A program made the translations under genes and the position numbers. Below, piece after piece: positions 14,078-27,362 of a stretch of DNA of 64,000 nt. Each line of letters begins with the position of its first letter. The stretch's first letter is position 1. The DNA comes from Octopus vulgaris (Eukaryota). The notes below the pieces were generated by a model. It was not told the DNA's origin, did not search any database, and was given only the letters and a program-made list of their open reading frames with translations. Where the stretch lies: assembly GCA_951406725.2 (NCBI GenBank), contig OX597817.1, positions 80,352,001 through 80,416,000 of the forward strand. The letters are read 5' to 3'.

Positions 14078-14439
14078 TAAGTGCATATGTGAGCAGTATG
14101 GGAAAAAATCCGAAGCTTTGGGGCGAAGCTGTTGAGGTGTTAGTTCTGTACCGAGTTATATTCATTCCTCTATCATTCTCGAAAAGTTTTAATGCCTCTA
14201 CTGTTTTCAAATTATGACACAAAATCCCAACGCTACTAATATTTCTTATAAGCTATAAAAAATAAATATAATAATAAATCGTCTCTGAGAGTTGGGCATT
14301 TAATCAAATATTAGAAAATATATATGTTCTCGGTTTATATTTTGTTTTTGTTTGTCTTTGTTCCTCTTATCTTTGTTCGATGATGCACTATTGTAAAGAA
14401 AATTATATTTATCTTGAATAACAATCATATCTTTGCATT

Positions 14440-14636
14440 TTGGGAACACTCAAGCAATTTTAGGGTGAGGGGAGGTTAGACGATTACATCGGATCCAGTG
14501 CATAACTGCTACTTATTTTGACAACTCCGAAAAGATGTAAGACAAAGTCGACCTAGGTTGTATTTGAACTTAGAACGTAAAAAGTTGACAAAAAAAAATG
14601 GGGACGCGCTAATGAGTCTGCAAAATCGCCGCCTTA
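14440..14636 (-). mobile_element. SINE family A, degenerate
   Basis: gattacatcggatccagtg...gacaaagtcgacc...tttgaacttagaacg...gccgcc. Confidence 0.7.
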
Positions 14637-14999
14637 AATGAAAATGATGGTAATGACTCCATGGTATATAGTGTTCACGTACACTGAAAATTTGCACACA
14701 AAACACAGAAACTTTTTAAAATTCTTAGCTAAATTAATCGACTTCAATACATTACTTACGCTGACTAGAGTGACTTCGGTGTAGTGGAAAAAGAAATAGG
14801 GGTTTGGACTCACAGTAAAAAGCAGAGATGGAAAGTAACTTATCTGAAATATTTAATTTCGTCCTTTGTTCAGTGGTTTCTGCGAACAAATATAAGCTTG
14901 ACTGAGGAAGAACATAGAAAGAGACACATACACACAAACACATACTTACATACTAAAGGATACATACACAAACATACATTTACAGAGAGACACTTGCGC

Positions 15000-15032
<33 letters not shown>

Positions 15033-15320
15033 TGTATGTATGTATGTTTGCATGTATACATGTATGCATGTATGCATGTATGTATGCACATATGCACACG
15101 ATACACACTTGTACAAAACTATGAAAGTTAGGCTTTCTGAAACTTCCTGAAGGTTCATAAATTTACAGTTTTCTGAAAATCAACTTGTTTCAAGGTAAAC
15201 TATGCATTTATATACATACATATAAATACACACACACTCACATCTGCATATATATATATATATACGCATACATACATATATATATATCTATATATATAGA
15301 TGCATACATACATATATATA

Positions 15321-15375
<55 letters not shown>

Positions 15376-15603
15376 ATGTATATATGTATATATATAAATA
15401 CATATGGATGTATATGTATATTCACACACACATTATACACCATAAAAAAGTGAATGAATACAGGTAATACACTGCAGTCCTCAAAAAAAGTTTGGGGAAA
15501 AAATCCAAAGCTATGCATGGGTGTTTCCCTGAAACGAAAACATAAAACACAGATATCTCTTCAACCATTCTTCTCCACATAAAGAATAAAGAAACACATG
15601 GCA

Positions 15604-15682
<79 letters not shown>

Positions 15683-16119
15683 TACATACATGACAGGATA
15701 CCCCCAAAAAATATTTCACTAAAATTAGCATCAGCTCTTCGTCTTATTTCTTTATATGAAGTATTTCACGTGCCATTTTATTTTTTTAATAGTTGTGTTT
15801 ACATACATGCATACATACATGCATGCATGAATATATACATACACACCCACATACACACACTCATACATTATATTGTTTTGTCTATATTTGTTTTTCTTAT
15901 TTTTTAAGGAATAAGGAAACTGACAAAGATGTTAGGGAGAAGAAATATGGACTATATACACACGCACACACATATATACATATATACACACATACACATA
16001 CACGCACATACATATACACGCACATTTACATATATACATATATATATTCATATATTTGCGTATATGTATATATATATACACACATATATACATATACATA
16101 TACATACATACATACATGC

Positions 16120-16196
<77 letters not shown>

Positions 16197-16843
16197 TGTA
16201 TGTATGTATGTATGTATATTTGAGTATGTGTAAGAATGCATATGGATATATTTCTCCTCTTTTGCATGTCAAAGTTATTTTATTTTATTTTATTTTATTT
16301 TATTTTATTTTATTTTATTTTATTTTATTCTTTTCTTTATATTGCTTTTCATTTTCTCTGCCTCTCTTTTTATTTCCTTCATCATCGTTTTCTACTTCAT
16401 CATCTTCATAATCTTCATCATCTTCCATTTTCTCGTTCGTCTTCTCCTTCAGTTTCATCTTCACCCTCGTTTCCTTTCCCTTTCCACTCCTCGACAGGCA
16501 CCATCTTCTTCCATCTCCTTCATGAACAGCCCCACCCTATTCATATTCAACATCTTATTCTTCAACATATTCTCATCTTCTTCTACATTATCCCCACTCT
16601 CTCAAGTTTTCTTCCTGTCCCCTACCAACATTCTAACACTAATCCTCGTCTCTAACCCCGCCATAGCTTCACCGTTTCCATAAATATTGCGTTTGCGGAG
16701 ATTTTCTTTACCATGTCAGATTTTTCTCTGAATTTTTTTTTTTTTCATTTCGTTTGAAGCCTTTCTTTTATTTTTTTATATTTAAATTTTATTGCAATAT
16801 TTATTCATAAATTGTTTCTTCTTTAACATCTAAAACCTATAAG

Positions 16844-16941
<98 letters not shown>

Positions 16942-17419
16942 TATATATATATACGTATGTATGTATGCAGGTAGGTATGCATGTATGTATATATATATAT
17001 ATATGTATAGATATATACTTTCAAAAAATATATATACATACACAGATATATATACATATATACATATTTATGTATATATGCATACATACATATATACATG
17101 CATACGTATGTCCCTATGTATATTTACATATAGTATATAAGTGTTATATACGTGTGTATATGTAGACATACACGTGCGTGAGGAATTTTTTCTTTATATG
17201 TTTTGCTTTCGCCGGGATTGTTCTATAGAATTTATATGGTTATTACCCACAGAGCCATAAACCAAAGGCACTTAACAAGAAATATAGAAATATAGAAGTG
17301 AAGAACCTGGTATTTCTTTTTTCTTATGCACAGCAGAAGACAATAACAGGTAGCTGTTGGTTATGCAGGGTCGGGTAGAAAGAAGCTGGCGTAGCAACAT
17401 ATCTTGAATGAAGCCTGGT

Positions 17420-18310
17420 GTTTTTCTTCTTCTCCTTCCTCTTCTTCTTCTTCTTCTTCTTCTTCTTCTTCTTCTTCTTCTTCTTCTTCTTCTTCTTCTT
17501 CTTCTTCTTCTTCTTCTTCTTTTTCGTCTTCTTCATTTTCATTTCCTCATCCTTTCCTTCGTCTTCTTTTCCTTCCCTTCTCCTTTTCGTTTTTCCTTTT
17601 CTTCTCTACTTTCTTCCCTCACCTTCTATACATTAATTTCCTCCACTCTTCCTTCTCTCCTTCTCTTTCTTCTTTATATTCTCCTCCATCTTCCCCTCTT
17701 CTTCTTTTCGGCCATCTTCCCCCCTCTTACTCTTCTTCTTTCCTCTTCTTTTCTTCTTCCTTCCTTTTCTTTTTCATCCTCCTTTTCTTTTCTTCTTTTT
17801 CTTCACTACTTCTTTTTCTTCCTCTTCTTCCTTTTTTACTTCTTCTGATTCCTCTTCTACTTCCTCATCACTACATCTCTTCTTCATCTTCTTTCCCTTC
17901 CTCTTCACTATTTCTTCTTCCTTTTCTACTTGATTTCGTCATCCTTTCCTTCGTTTTCTTATCCTTCTCCTTACCATTCTTCCTTCCCTTCTCCTTTTCT
18001 TTCTTCTTTTCCTTCTTTTTCTTCTTCTCTGCTTTCCTCTCTAACCTTCTATACCTCGATTTCCTCCCTTCTTCGCTTTGATTCTTGTTTCACTTCTCCT
18101 CCTCCCTCTTCCTCTTCTTATCATCCTCCTCCTTCGTCCTGTTCTTTCCTTTTTCTTCTTTTCCTTTCTCCCCTTCTTCTCGTCCTCTTCCTCCTACTTC
18201 TTTCTCTTCTTCCAGCTTCTTTCTTCTCCCCCGGTTCCTCCCTTTCCTCCTCCACCTCTTCCTTGTATTGCTTTTTTCTTCTTCGTTCTTTTGATTTTAT
18301 TCTTCTTTCC
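17420..18310. repeat. About 0.9-kb polypyrimidine tract starting with perfect (TCT)n
   Basis: Plus strand is almost exclusively C/T, with (tct)n at 17440-17520 and a degenerate internal duplication (about 17566-17645 vs about 17977-18068). Confidence 0.92.
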
Positions 18311-18422
18311 TTATGGCATTCGGAATATTCTTCAATCTGCCGTTTTTTGGTTTTAGTGAATTTTTTCGTTTATACATTCTTAAACTCATCCGCACCCATG
18401 CAAACATACATACACACACACA

Positions 18423-18456
<34 letters not shown>

Positions 18457-19085
18457 TAAAAACACGTACACATACAAATGTGTATATGTGTGTGTCTTTT
18501 AATTTTTGCTTCGTATTTGTCTTGTTTCGTTTCGCGTTTATTTTTCTATATTGCCTTGATTTCCATCATCATAATTATCACCATCATCACCACCATCATC
18601 ACCACCATCATCACCACCATCGTCGTCATCGTCGTTTTCATCATCATCATAATCGGCAGCAGCAGCAGTAGCATCATCTTCATCGTCGTCATTAACAACA
18701 ACATATTTTTTTGTAATTTATCATGCAAATCCAGTTTGCTTGCTTCTGAATTCTTCTTTTACGTCTATGCTCCGAATTTAACTTGCTTTATCATTAATAT
18801 AATTATTAGTGAAAACTAGAAACCATTATCAGCGAAAGGTAGGTCAGAGATCTGGCAGAAATGTATTTACTATCTTTAGTCTCCCCATATTTGAAATTCA
18901 GTATCGTTTAGGATGAACTAGACATTCCCTCTATAGGTGTAAAAGTATCTAATTTAAATTACAAGTTCGAGTGTATACAGGAAAACTAGAGTGAGTAAAA
19001 TGTATAAGAAATGAAGAATTTTAGTAAATTTTCAAGTATTGGTTGTCAATAGAAAAAACAAAATTAATGGTATTGCAATGGTAAA

Positions 19086-19474
19086 GACGAGATGGCAGAA
19101 ACGTTAGCACGCCGGGCGAAAAGGTTTAGTAGCATTTCGTCCGTCATTCAGGTTCTGAGTTCAAATACCACCGAGGGCGACTTTGCTTTTCATCCTTTTC
19201 GAGATCGATAAAATAAGTACCAGTAACGCACTGGGGTCGATGTAATCGACTTAATCCGTTTGTCTGTCCTTATTTGTCCCCTCGCGTAAAGAAACAGAAA
19301 TAGGTATTTCGTCTGCCGTTACGTTCTGAGTTCAAATTCCGCCGAAGTCAACTTTGCCTTTCACCCTTTTCGAGATCGATAAGATAAGTACTAGTTGTAC
19401 ACTGGGGTCGATGTGATCGGCTTACCCACTCCGCCATAATTGCTAGCTTTGTGCCAAAATTTGCAACCAATATT
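19086..19474 (+). mobile_element. SINE family A head-to-tail dimer
   Basis: A full unit with a tail-1-like end (to about 19302) is followed immediately by a second unit starting at ggtatttcgtctg (lacking about the first 45 nt) with a different tail (tgtgccaaaatttgcaacc). Confidence 0.88.
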
Positions 19475-20643
19475 TATAGTGATATGTATAAACAGGAGGA
19501 AATAGACTATAATGTGTGTGTATATATATATATAAATTAGTGTACGTTTCCATACACAAAAGAGGTGAACCTAAACAGGACATTTTCAATGCTGAAAAGG
19601 GCATGTACAACCTTATAGTTCTTCATAATTTCACTTCTAAGTAGTTCGTGATATTTATTTTCGTCGAGATTATATATAATCTAAACTCAGGATTAATACG
19701 AATTAAATTGATAAAATATTTAAAAATAACTATCAAAACTAAGTTGTAAGTTTTAATTAATAATGATATTTATTATTTCATATCCATTAATTTGATAATT
19801 GATTAATATTTGTAATAATTAATAATACATATCAATTTACAATCTTACTGGTAAACATAACAGATATTAATGTAACTTTAATGATCCCTTTGTTTTAAAA
19901 TAAGTTAACATGCACACGCATAAATAATTATAAACGGAAATAATACGCGCATATGACGTATTTTTGCATTCATTTTTATTGTTTTTCAAAATGCTAACGC
20001 GTGCAAGCAAAAAGAAATAAACGAATTAGTTTATTTTAAAATACTAATGCGCACAAGTATAAATAAATAAACAAATTCTTTATTCTTTCAAACACGCATA
20101 AACACACACAGATAAATTAGTAAAATCTATAGACATACACATTTATAACGGCTATATTGTTTTATTTATATTTATTCACATTTTGCTGTATTTATATTTA
20201 TTTTTATTCGTATTTTATTCTATTTTATTTTATTATTTTGTTATTCTCTTTTGAGGTATATTTAACACCCACACACACACACATATAAACATATCTTCGT
20301 TTATTCAGTGTGTTTCAAAATCTCAACTTAACAACATGTAATCCAATTAGCTCCGATATGATTTTACTCATATAACATTCTAAATTATATTTTATTTTAT
20401 TTCATTTATAAATTTGTAATTAGTATTAAGTAAAATCGAAACAATTGTAGGTATTTGTAATGAAATGTATGTAAATAAAATAATTCATAACTATATACTC
20501 TCCATGTTCTAATTGTTTATAGTATACTACACTTTTAATATACCCAATTATATCGATGTGATATTTATCATAGATATATGGTATTAAACAAGTGTAGGTG
20601 GTATGATTTCATCCCTATAAGAGGAGTACACATCTTCGTAGTG

Positions 20644-20677
<34 letters not shown>

Positions 20678-21259
20678 TACGCACACACACACATATATAT
20701 ATATGTGTGTGTATACAACCTTTGTCATAGTAAGTTATGTACACAACTTGGACACACATATCAAAACATAAACATACGTTCACATGTACATACACATGTA
20801 CACACACAGACACGTCTACACATTTGCATACCTAAATACTCACATACATACATAGGTATATATGTACGTACATGCATACATGCGTATAGGCATGCACATA
20901 TGGATACATATGTACACATATGCATATGCACATACTTACATGTACACCTACATACATACGTACATACATATATATGTGTATACATACATACGTACGTACG
21001 TATATATCATGAATGAACTGTTACTATCTCAGATGCAGCGCGGAATTTTGTCAATGAACAGGTCGCATTGTCAAAGCGACGAAAATATTTTGGCAAATTC
21101 AATTTAAATGTTTAACTGAATCTAACGGTTTTTGTGTGTTATTAAATGGCTTATAAACACCTTCCACGCTGCAATTGTTTTGGTTTCAGCACACGATCTC
21201 ATATCAAGTCACTTGCTATGCAAGTGTATCTCCGTAATACTTATATATAGAGAGAGATA

Positions 21260-22081
21260 TGTAGTCTGATCAATAAGCATCCGGACTGTTGCCATACTAC
21301 CGCAGCTAAAGTACGCAGAATAAAGCCGCTAGGCACAAATTCACTTTGCACACTGTTGACAGCAGTGCTTGGAAGGAAGGTGTGTAGCGTGTGATCGTCG
21401 CATTGACCATGACAGTGAAAACAGAGTATCAGCATCAAATTATGCCAAAATATTGGTGATACTTGCTCAGAGACCTACGTAAAGTTTCCAAAAAGTTTTC
21501 ATTGTTCTCGACACAATCAAGTAGATTTTATGCAACTGAAACCCGAATGGCTTTCTGGTCAGCTGAAAGCAGTTTTGACACAAACTTGGCAGACACGCGT
21601 CTCCTACCCAAATCAACAGTGATAATGGACTGAACTGAACCGTAACTAAACTGCACATCATCTGATAACTCACGGATGGTGATTCGCTGATTTCTCCTCA
21701 CAGCTGAACACGCATCTGCGATTTTTCTCCAGTTCTGCTGGTTGTGGGTCTCCCAGAACGTTCGTCAATATCGACGTTATTTAGGCCATCTTGGAAATGT
21801 CTGAAACACTCGTACACTTGTGTGCGGCCCGTACGCTATTGTCCATACAATTTTTGCAACTTTTCGTAGGCCTCTGAGCAGGTATCGCCATGACAACTTT
21901 CTTTGTCATGAACAATGCAACGATCGCACGCTACACATCTACCTTCCAAGTGCTGCTGTAAACAGCGGAAGTGAGCTAGAACGCTAGTGCGCATATACAG
22001 CAGCGTTCAAGATCAATCTGTGCCAAGCGGCTTTACTCTGGAAGCTGTTGCTTCGTCCGGGTATTTATTGGTCAGTCGTCG
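21260..22081. mobile_element. Tc1/mariner (mariner-like) non-autonomous element built from two inverted 5' ends
   Basis: TA-flanked TIRs (tgtagtctgatcaataagcatccggac / gtccgggtatttattggtcagtcgtcg). Minus strand GDTCSEAYEKLQKLYG..GRTQVYECFRHFQDGLNNVDIDERSGRPTTS...RITIRELSDDVQFSYGSVQSIITVDLGRRRVSAKFVSKLLSADQK is a mariner HTH region plus linker. The plus strand carries a second copy of the transposase start. Confidence 0.88.
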
Positions 22082-22150
22082 TATGTGTGTGTGTGTGTAT
22101 TTATAGATCTAGATAGATAGATAGAAATGTATATATATATACATATGTAT

Positions 22151-22220
<70 letters not shown>

Positions 22221-23059
22221 CACCTGTATGTGTATACATTATATATTGATTGAGAGAACCTCTGAAGGGATTTAATTATCCAAAGTATCATACTCATCAC
22301 TTACTGTTTAAATCCCTACACATTAAACTTCGTAATGAGATTTTTATTCACACTGCCATAAATATTGCAAGACGATCTTTCTCTGTGACCCACTCATGAT
22401 CTCAGAACAAATGCCGATAAACATCTCCATTGCGCTAGTCAGTTGCTCCTGGACGAGTACCTTATTATACCTTCGAACTGGAAATTCAAAAGCGACTTTG
22501 TGCAGCATTTGAATTCAGCAACCAGACAGCCCGAACAAACATCACAAATCGTAAGGCGATTTTTTTCCGACTCTCTAACGTCTTTGCCAAAATGTTCTTT
22601 TTAATATCCCCTCAATAGCTATACTGCATTCGTTTAATTATTTTACTCAGCTTAATTCTTTATTCAAAGCTTGTGCTACGTTTTAAATAAGTACGAAGAA
22701 TTATTAGTGACATTGATTAAGTTCACCAGAATACCGTATGTATTGTACTATTCGTTTAGAGAATGAAATAATCCAACACTAAAACAGATCGTGTTCAAGA
22801 TTTTTCACATAAATCACCCTGAAATAAGTTATTCTTTCCCCCAAAGTAAACGATATGTTACTCATTTCCGATTTTTGTTGAGCGTGTTACTGAGTGACAC
22901 ATCATTTTCAGTTCAGATCAGTGGTCTGTCGCAACTAACATTTCTCATCGATGCGAGCCAAAGTTGTGCTTAGTACTATTTGATGAGCTTCACTACAATG
23001 AATATTATAAAATTCGTATATACGTTTTTAAAACTGGAAACGCTATGGGTTATTTTTGA

Positions 23060-23403
23060 AGGCGCATAGCTCAGTGGTTTAAGCATCGGGCTCACATTCA
23101 TTAGGTAATGAGTTCGATTCCCAGACTGGGTTGTGTGTTGTGTTCTTGAACATAATGCTTTATTTCACGTTTTTCCACTTCACTCAGCTCTAGAAATGAG
23201 TTGCGATGGTATTAGTACCAGGTTGTATCAGCCTTTGCTTTTCCCTTGGATAAAATCAGTGGCCTGGATAGGGGAGGGTGGTATGCATGGGCGACTGCTG
23301 GTCTTCCATAAACAACCTTGCCTAGATTTGTGCCTTGAAGGATAACTTTCCAGAGGCAATCCTGTGGTCAATCATTACCGAAGGGGATCTTTACTCTTTA
23401 CTC
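23060..23403 (+). mobile_element. tRNA-derived SINE (separate family, CORE-like body)
   Basis: A box tagctcagtgg, B box gagttcgattcc, then gtgttgtgttcttgaac...cactcagct, ending in (ctttac)n. Confidence 0.75.
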
Positions 23404-24700
23404 TATTTTGGGGATATATTTCGAAATGGGGGGGGGCTCAACTAGAGATGGGACTCATAATTTTTGCAAGCACGCTAGAATATTTTAGAAGCTGATCAAA
23501 ACTTTGATTTTAACTTCACTTCATTTTTCTACTGTTTAGTCAGAAAGGGACGACTCTCGAGGTCTGTAGACTGAAGACAAGAGGTTATTCCCCAAGAGAA
23601 GATATAGACTAAATATTTTTGGAACTAAGGGCACCCATGGGCTAGGTGGGGAAACTAAACTGAGCAACGAATTATATCTGCCGTCTACGAACACAGAACG
23701 CTAAAAGCCGAATAATTACTGCATGACCTCTACCCTGCTCGATGCACTTACATTTCCATTAATAAACCGCCTCCGAACAAATGTTTTTTACCCAACTCGA
23801 AAGGATGAGAGACAAAGTTGACCTCGGCGATATTTCAACCCAGTAAACCGAGAGCTAGAACAGATATCGCAAAGCGTTTTGTTCTACGTTCTAACTACTT
23901 TGTCAATTCGCCGACTTGAATGAAATGAATGAATGGTAATAAATGTGCTTTGCTTGTAACGTTGGTAAACTCATTAACTTTTTTACTTCAAAAGAATTTT
24001 TTCCCCTTGTTTCAATTACTGTTGTATTATTGGACAATGGTAATTTTGTCATTGTTCAGTTCCTCATTTTTCTTTGTTTTTACTAAATATGGTTCAAGAA
24101 ATTAAGTAGCAAACTAGGAAGTTATGTGACGTAACTCCTAGAAATGTTCTTTTATTTAGTTTTAGTTGGAAATTTTTTTTAGATTGTTCACATCGACTAT
24201 TTTGAACATGGTTCGCTTGTTGTATTTGTTGCTTCGTTTGAAATTGCTTAGATTGTATTTTAATTGCCAAATTCTTTCTATTTAATGTTTAAATATGTTT
24301 TCCCTTTGTTGTGAACCCTGACATCGTTCGCAATATTTGTGCGTCATACAGTACAGTCACAGATGGATGCATTAGTTGACCGAACAACCAGACTGAAGTC
24401 TTTAATAACTCCCATAAATGGTCGGGAAAGGCTAAGCCTTGAAATTGTCTTTGGTGGTTGTGTAATCTCGATTCTGATGTTATCAATACGCAAAATTGTA
24501 ACACTAGTAATGTATTAACTTGAGGTGCACTAAGCAACTTTCATCGGAATATAAGAGAATATTGTTAGATTTAACATGTGCATGTCTACCCAAAATTGGA
24601 AAGGCCTTCCGTGATGGAAATGTCTCAGGAGAGAAATTAACCTTAGAGACAATATGAGTGAAAAACACACCACTGACCTATGAATGGAGTCTTCAGATTA

Positions 24701-24739
24701 TAGGACACATGTTTCGGCGTCGTTATGCTTCATCAGCTA
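24701..24739 (-). ncRNA. Minimal type I hammerhead-like motif
   Basis: Minus strand: tag-CTGATGA-agcataacgacgcc-GAAA-catgtg-TC-cta. Intact core, GUC site, 3-bp stem I, weak stem II. Confidence 0.6.
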
Positions 24740-25076
24740 GACACCGAATCCGCCATTCTCAACTTACTACGTTTTGCCGTTCTTATATTTAAACAGCGAA
24801 TAATTAAATCTATTGATATGCGGAATGTTTTATCCAGTTGGAATTAGTTAACTATAGGAATTAATTAACCATAGTCACTGTGACGATATGACAATTAGGT
24901 ATTCCTGAAATAATTTTATCCATGCGGCAAACTCATATCAGCAAGATCTGTTTCATACAATGTGCTGTCACCTGAAGCCATTTGAACCCGGAAATCAAGA
25001 CGAATACCACCCACTGTTAAAGATACAATACTGAATATTTTGCCATATTGAATATTTTAACATATTCAATATTGAA

Positions 25077-25282
25077 ACATTATTTACATTTGACGGATAT
25101 TTGTCCTCATCTTGGGTTCTCATTCCTAAGGTGTTTTTCGATGTTGTTGTTATTATTATTATTATTATTATTAATATTCAGGTCACTGCCAGGAATTGAA
25201 CTCGGAATCTTGGGGTTAGTAGCCCATGCTCTTAACCACTACGCCAAGATGATGACAAATATCCGTCAAATGTAAATAATGT
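25077..25282. repeat. Inverted repeat (about 38-bp arms) enclosing a minus-strand tRNA-like SINE head and (TTA)n
   Basis: acattatttacatttgacggatatttgtcctcatcttg / caagatgatgacaaatatccgtcaaatgtaaataatgt. Inside, minus strand: ggcgtagtggttaagagcatgggctactaaccccaagattccgagttcaattcc. Confidence 0.8.
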
Positions 25283-26809
25283 AAATAATGTACATAATTC
25301 ATCATCTCTTAAATATAGAACTGTATTTAAAAATGTGTTTCACTTAATAAGAAACATATATTAATATTTACACTCTAGATGTTAAAAAAACTATCATAAT
25401 TTAGAAAGAAAATTACAGGAATCCAATGAATCTTTTAAGGATCTCTGCTGGAAGAAAATAATTCAAAATTTACATTGGAAAGGTAAAGATAATGCCTAGT
25501 AGAGTCATGCCTTAACAAAGAAATTATAAGGCGTCTGGAAAGGGAAATATTTCGAACTGAGGATCGGAAACGGAAATTTGAAGATCCGAATCTACTGAAA
25601 GCTTTGAAGCTCTCGTGTAAAATATATATATAAACATGTAAAAAAAATAGAAGAAAAAAACAGAAAGAACAGTATTTCATATATTTTTCGAGCAACATTA
25701 AAGAATTCAATGTCTGATTTTGCCGTTGGAGTTTTTACCTAAAGAGTCAGAAGGAAGACGTATAACTACTTTGATATGGTATGCACAAAAATATACGCAT
25801 TTTTTTATCGTTTACTTAATCCAAATTTTCACTTAAATTTGAATGAATTAATCAGAAATTAATTATTCATCATAATCATGCGATACACACGTATGCACCA
25901 TACACACGTAAAGACATGGAATTCTAAACAAACCGTAATAATAAATCGATATAAAATTAAACACCATATTTGTAACGTCACTTGTTTAAACGGAGTATTT
26001 TTTTTCTTTGTAACCACCAAATTTTGTATTTCTGTGTAAGTTTGGCTGTTTATTTATGTCTGTTTTATTTGTGTGTATTTGTAATTTTTTTTCTTTTCTG
26101 TAGTTCGTTACTTGGTGAAATTGTTTTCCGTTTTCTCGAGTGAAACCAATGAGCCATGAGGCAGAAGAATTAAATTTTGAGACAACTTTATATAAAGTAA
26201 AGAAAACAAGTGTTGTGTTCAACTCAAATTGTGCCTGCAATAATTTGTGTCACTTCAAGTCGATGCATACAGCATAACACACAAAAATGTATCAAATCCC
26301 GCTCAATGAAATAAAATGTAAATAAAATAGAAAATTGGATACAATAGTATCTGGAACATTACAGAATCTTCAGGTCTTCAATTATTGATTATTTAAATTC
26401 AATATTTGTCACCAACAAAATATTAAAAGAAGGTAATTAAACAAGGAGCCACAATGTCTACATTGTTTAACAAATGCCAACCATGTTTCGTTTTAGTGCC
26501 TGAATCGAAATTATAGTCGAAAAAGTGTAAACTCATAACGTAGCATTAGAATCACGTGTAATATTTGAACAAGACTAATATGAACAGACACGAAAAAAGA
26601 AAAACACATAAAAAAAACATTAGTACTCTGCTTTATTGGAAAAACATTTCAATATGTAGTGATCTGATACTGTTTATTGTTCCAAGTTATTTGGATGGTC
26701 TGTGGAAGAGCAGTGAGAGCAATTAATTAACAATTCTTTTTCCTTGAAGTGTGCATCGAATTATACACACACACAGACACGCGCACATTTATATATATAG
26801 TTGAAATTT

Positions 26810-26995
26810 ACAGAAAAACGAAAGATGAAGACAGGTGTATAAGCAACAAACAGGTGTATTAGTTTGACGCTCGGAAAGGTGAGAAAGTATTTTACGTTTC
26901 GAGCCTACGCTCTTCAACAGAAAGGAACACTAGGAAATAAACAGAGAGAGAATTTAAAAAAACTTTTGGAGCTAGCGGTCAATCATGGCGACGTT
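26810..26995 (-). mobile_element. Penelope-like tail fragment with degenerate minimal hammerhead (26890-26923)
   Basis: Minus strand: ttt-CTGTTGA-a-GAGC-gtag-GCTC-GAAAC-GTA-aaa. This is the architecture of minimal PLE hammerheads, with A6 replaced by U. Similar to 48140-48300. Confidence 0.55.
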
Positions 26996-27362
26996 TAGTG
27001 TTGACCGTCGGAAGAAAGAGTACTTAATTCCATAGTAGAGAAATAATTTTATTAGGGTCGAATCAGTTTTTCTTGCTACTTTGTTCTCTCGCCTCTTCTA
27101 AATTACCTGACAATTGTGTGAGCGCATGGCTATTACGGCAGAGTGGCAACACTGACCTGACTAATATGTGCGTGTGATATATGTTTGTGAGTGTATGTGC
27201 ACGTGTATAGGTTAGCTAGGAATGACTTCGAAGACTGCCAGCCTTCTTGTAAAGTTTAATATACATGTAATCTACTAAAATGTATTGAATAATCCTTCAC
27301 TTTAATGGTAAATTGTTTTATACATATAACCTAACTTAAAATTAACCTTTAACATGAATCTG

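Noticed and set aside
17404-18502. Ser/Phe/Leu-rich ORFs up to 225 aa
   Set aside because: Stop-free only because the strand lacks purines.
23060-23135. SINE heads as genuine tRNA genes
   Set aside because: A and B boxes are present, but there is no complete acceptor stem and each continues into a SINE body.
25436-25625. Purine-rich stretch that might be an exon or an integrase zinc-finger remnant
   Set aside because: In-frame stops and no convincing motif or partner exons.
26080-26280. Polypyrimidine tract plus TAG acceptor-like site
   Set aside because: All three downstream frames close quickly; no evidence of a transcript.
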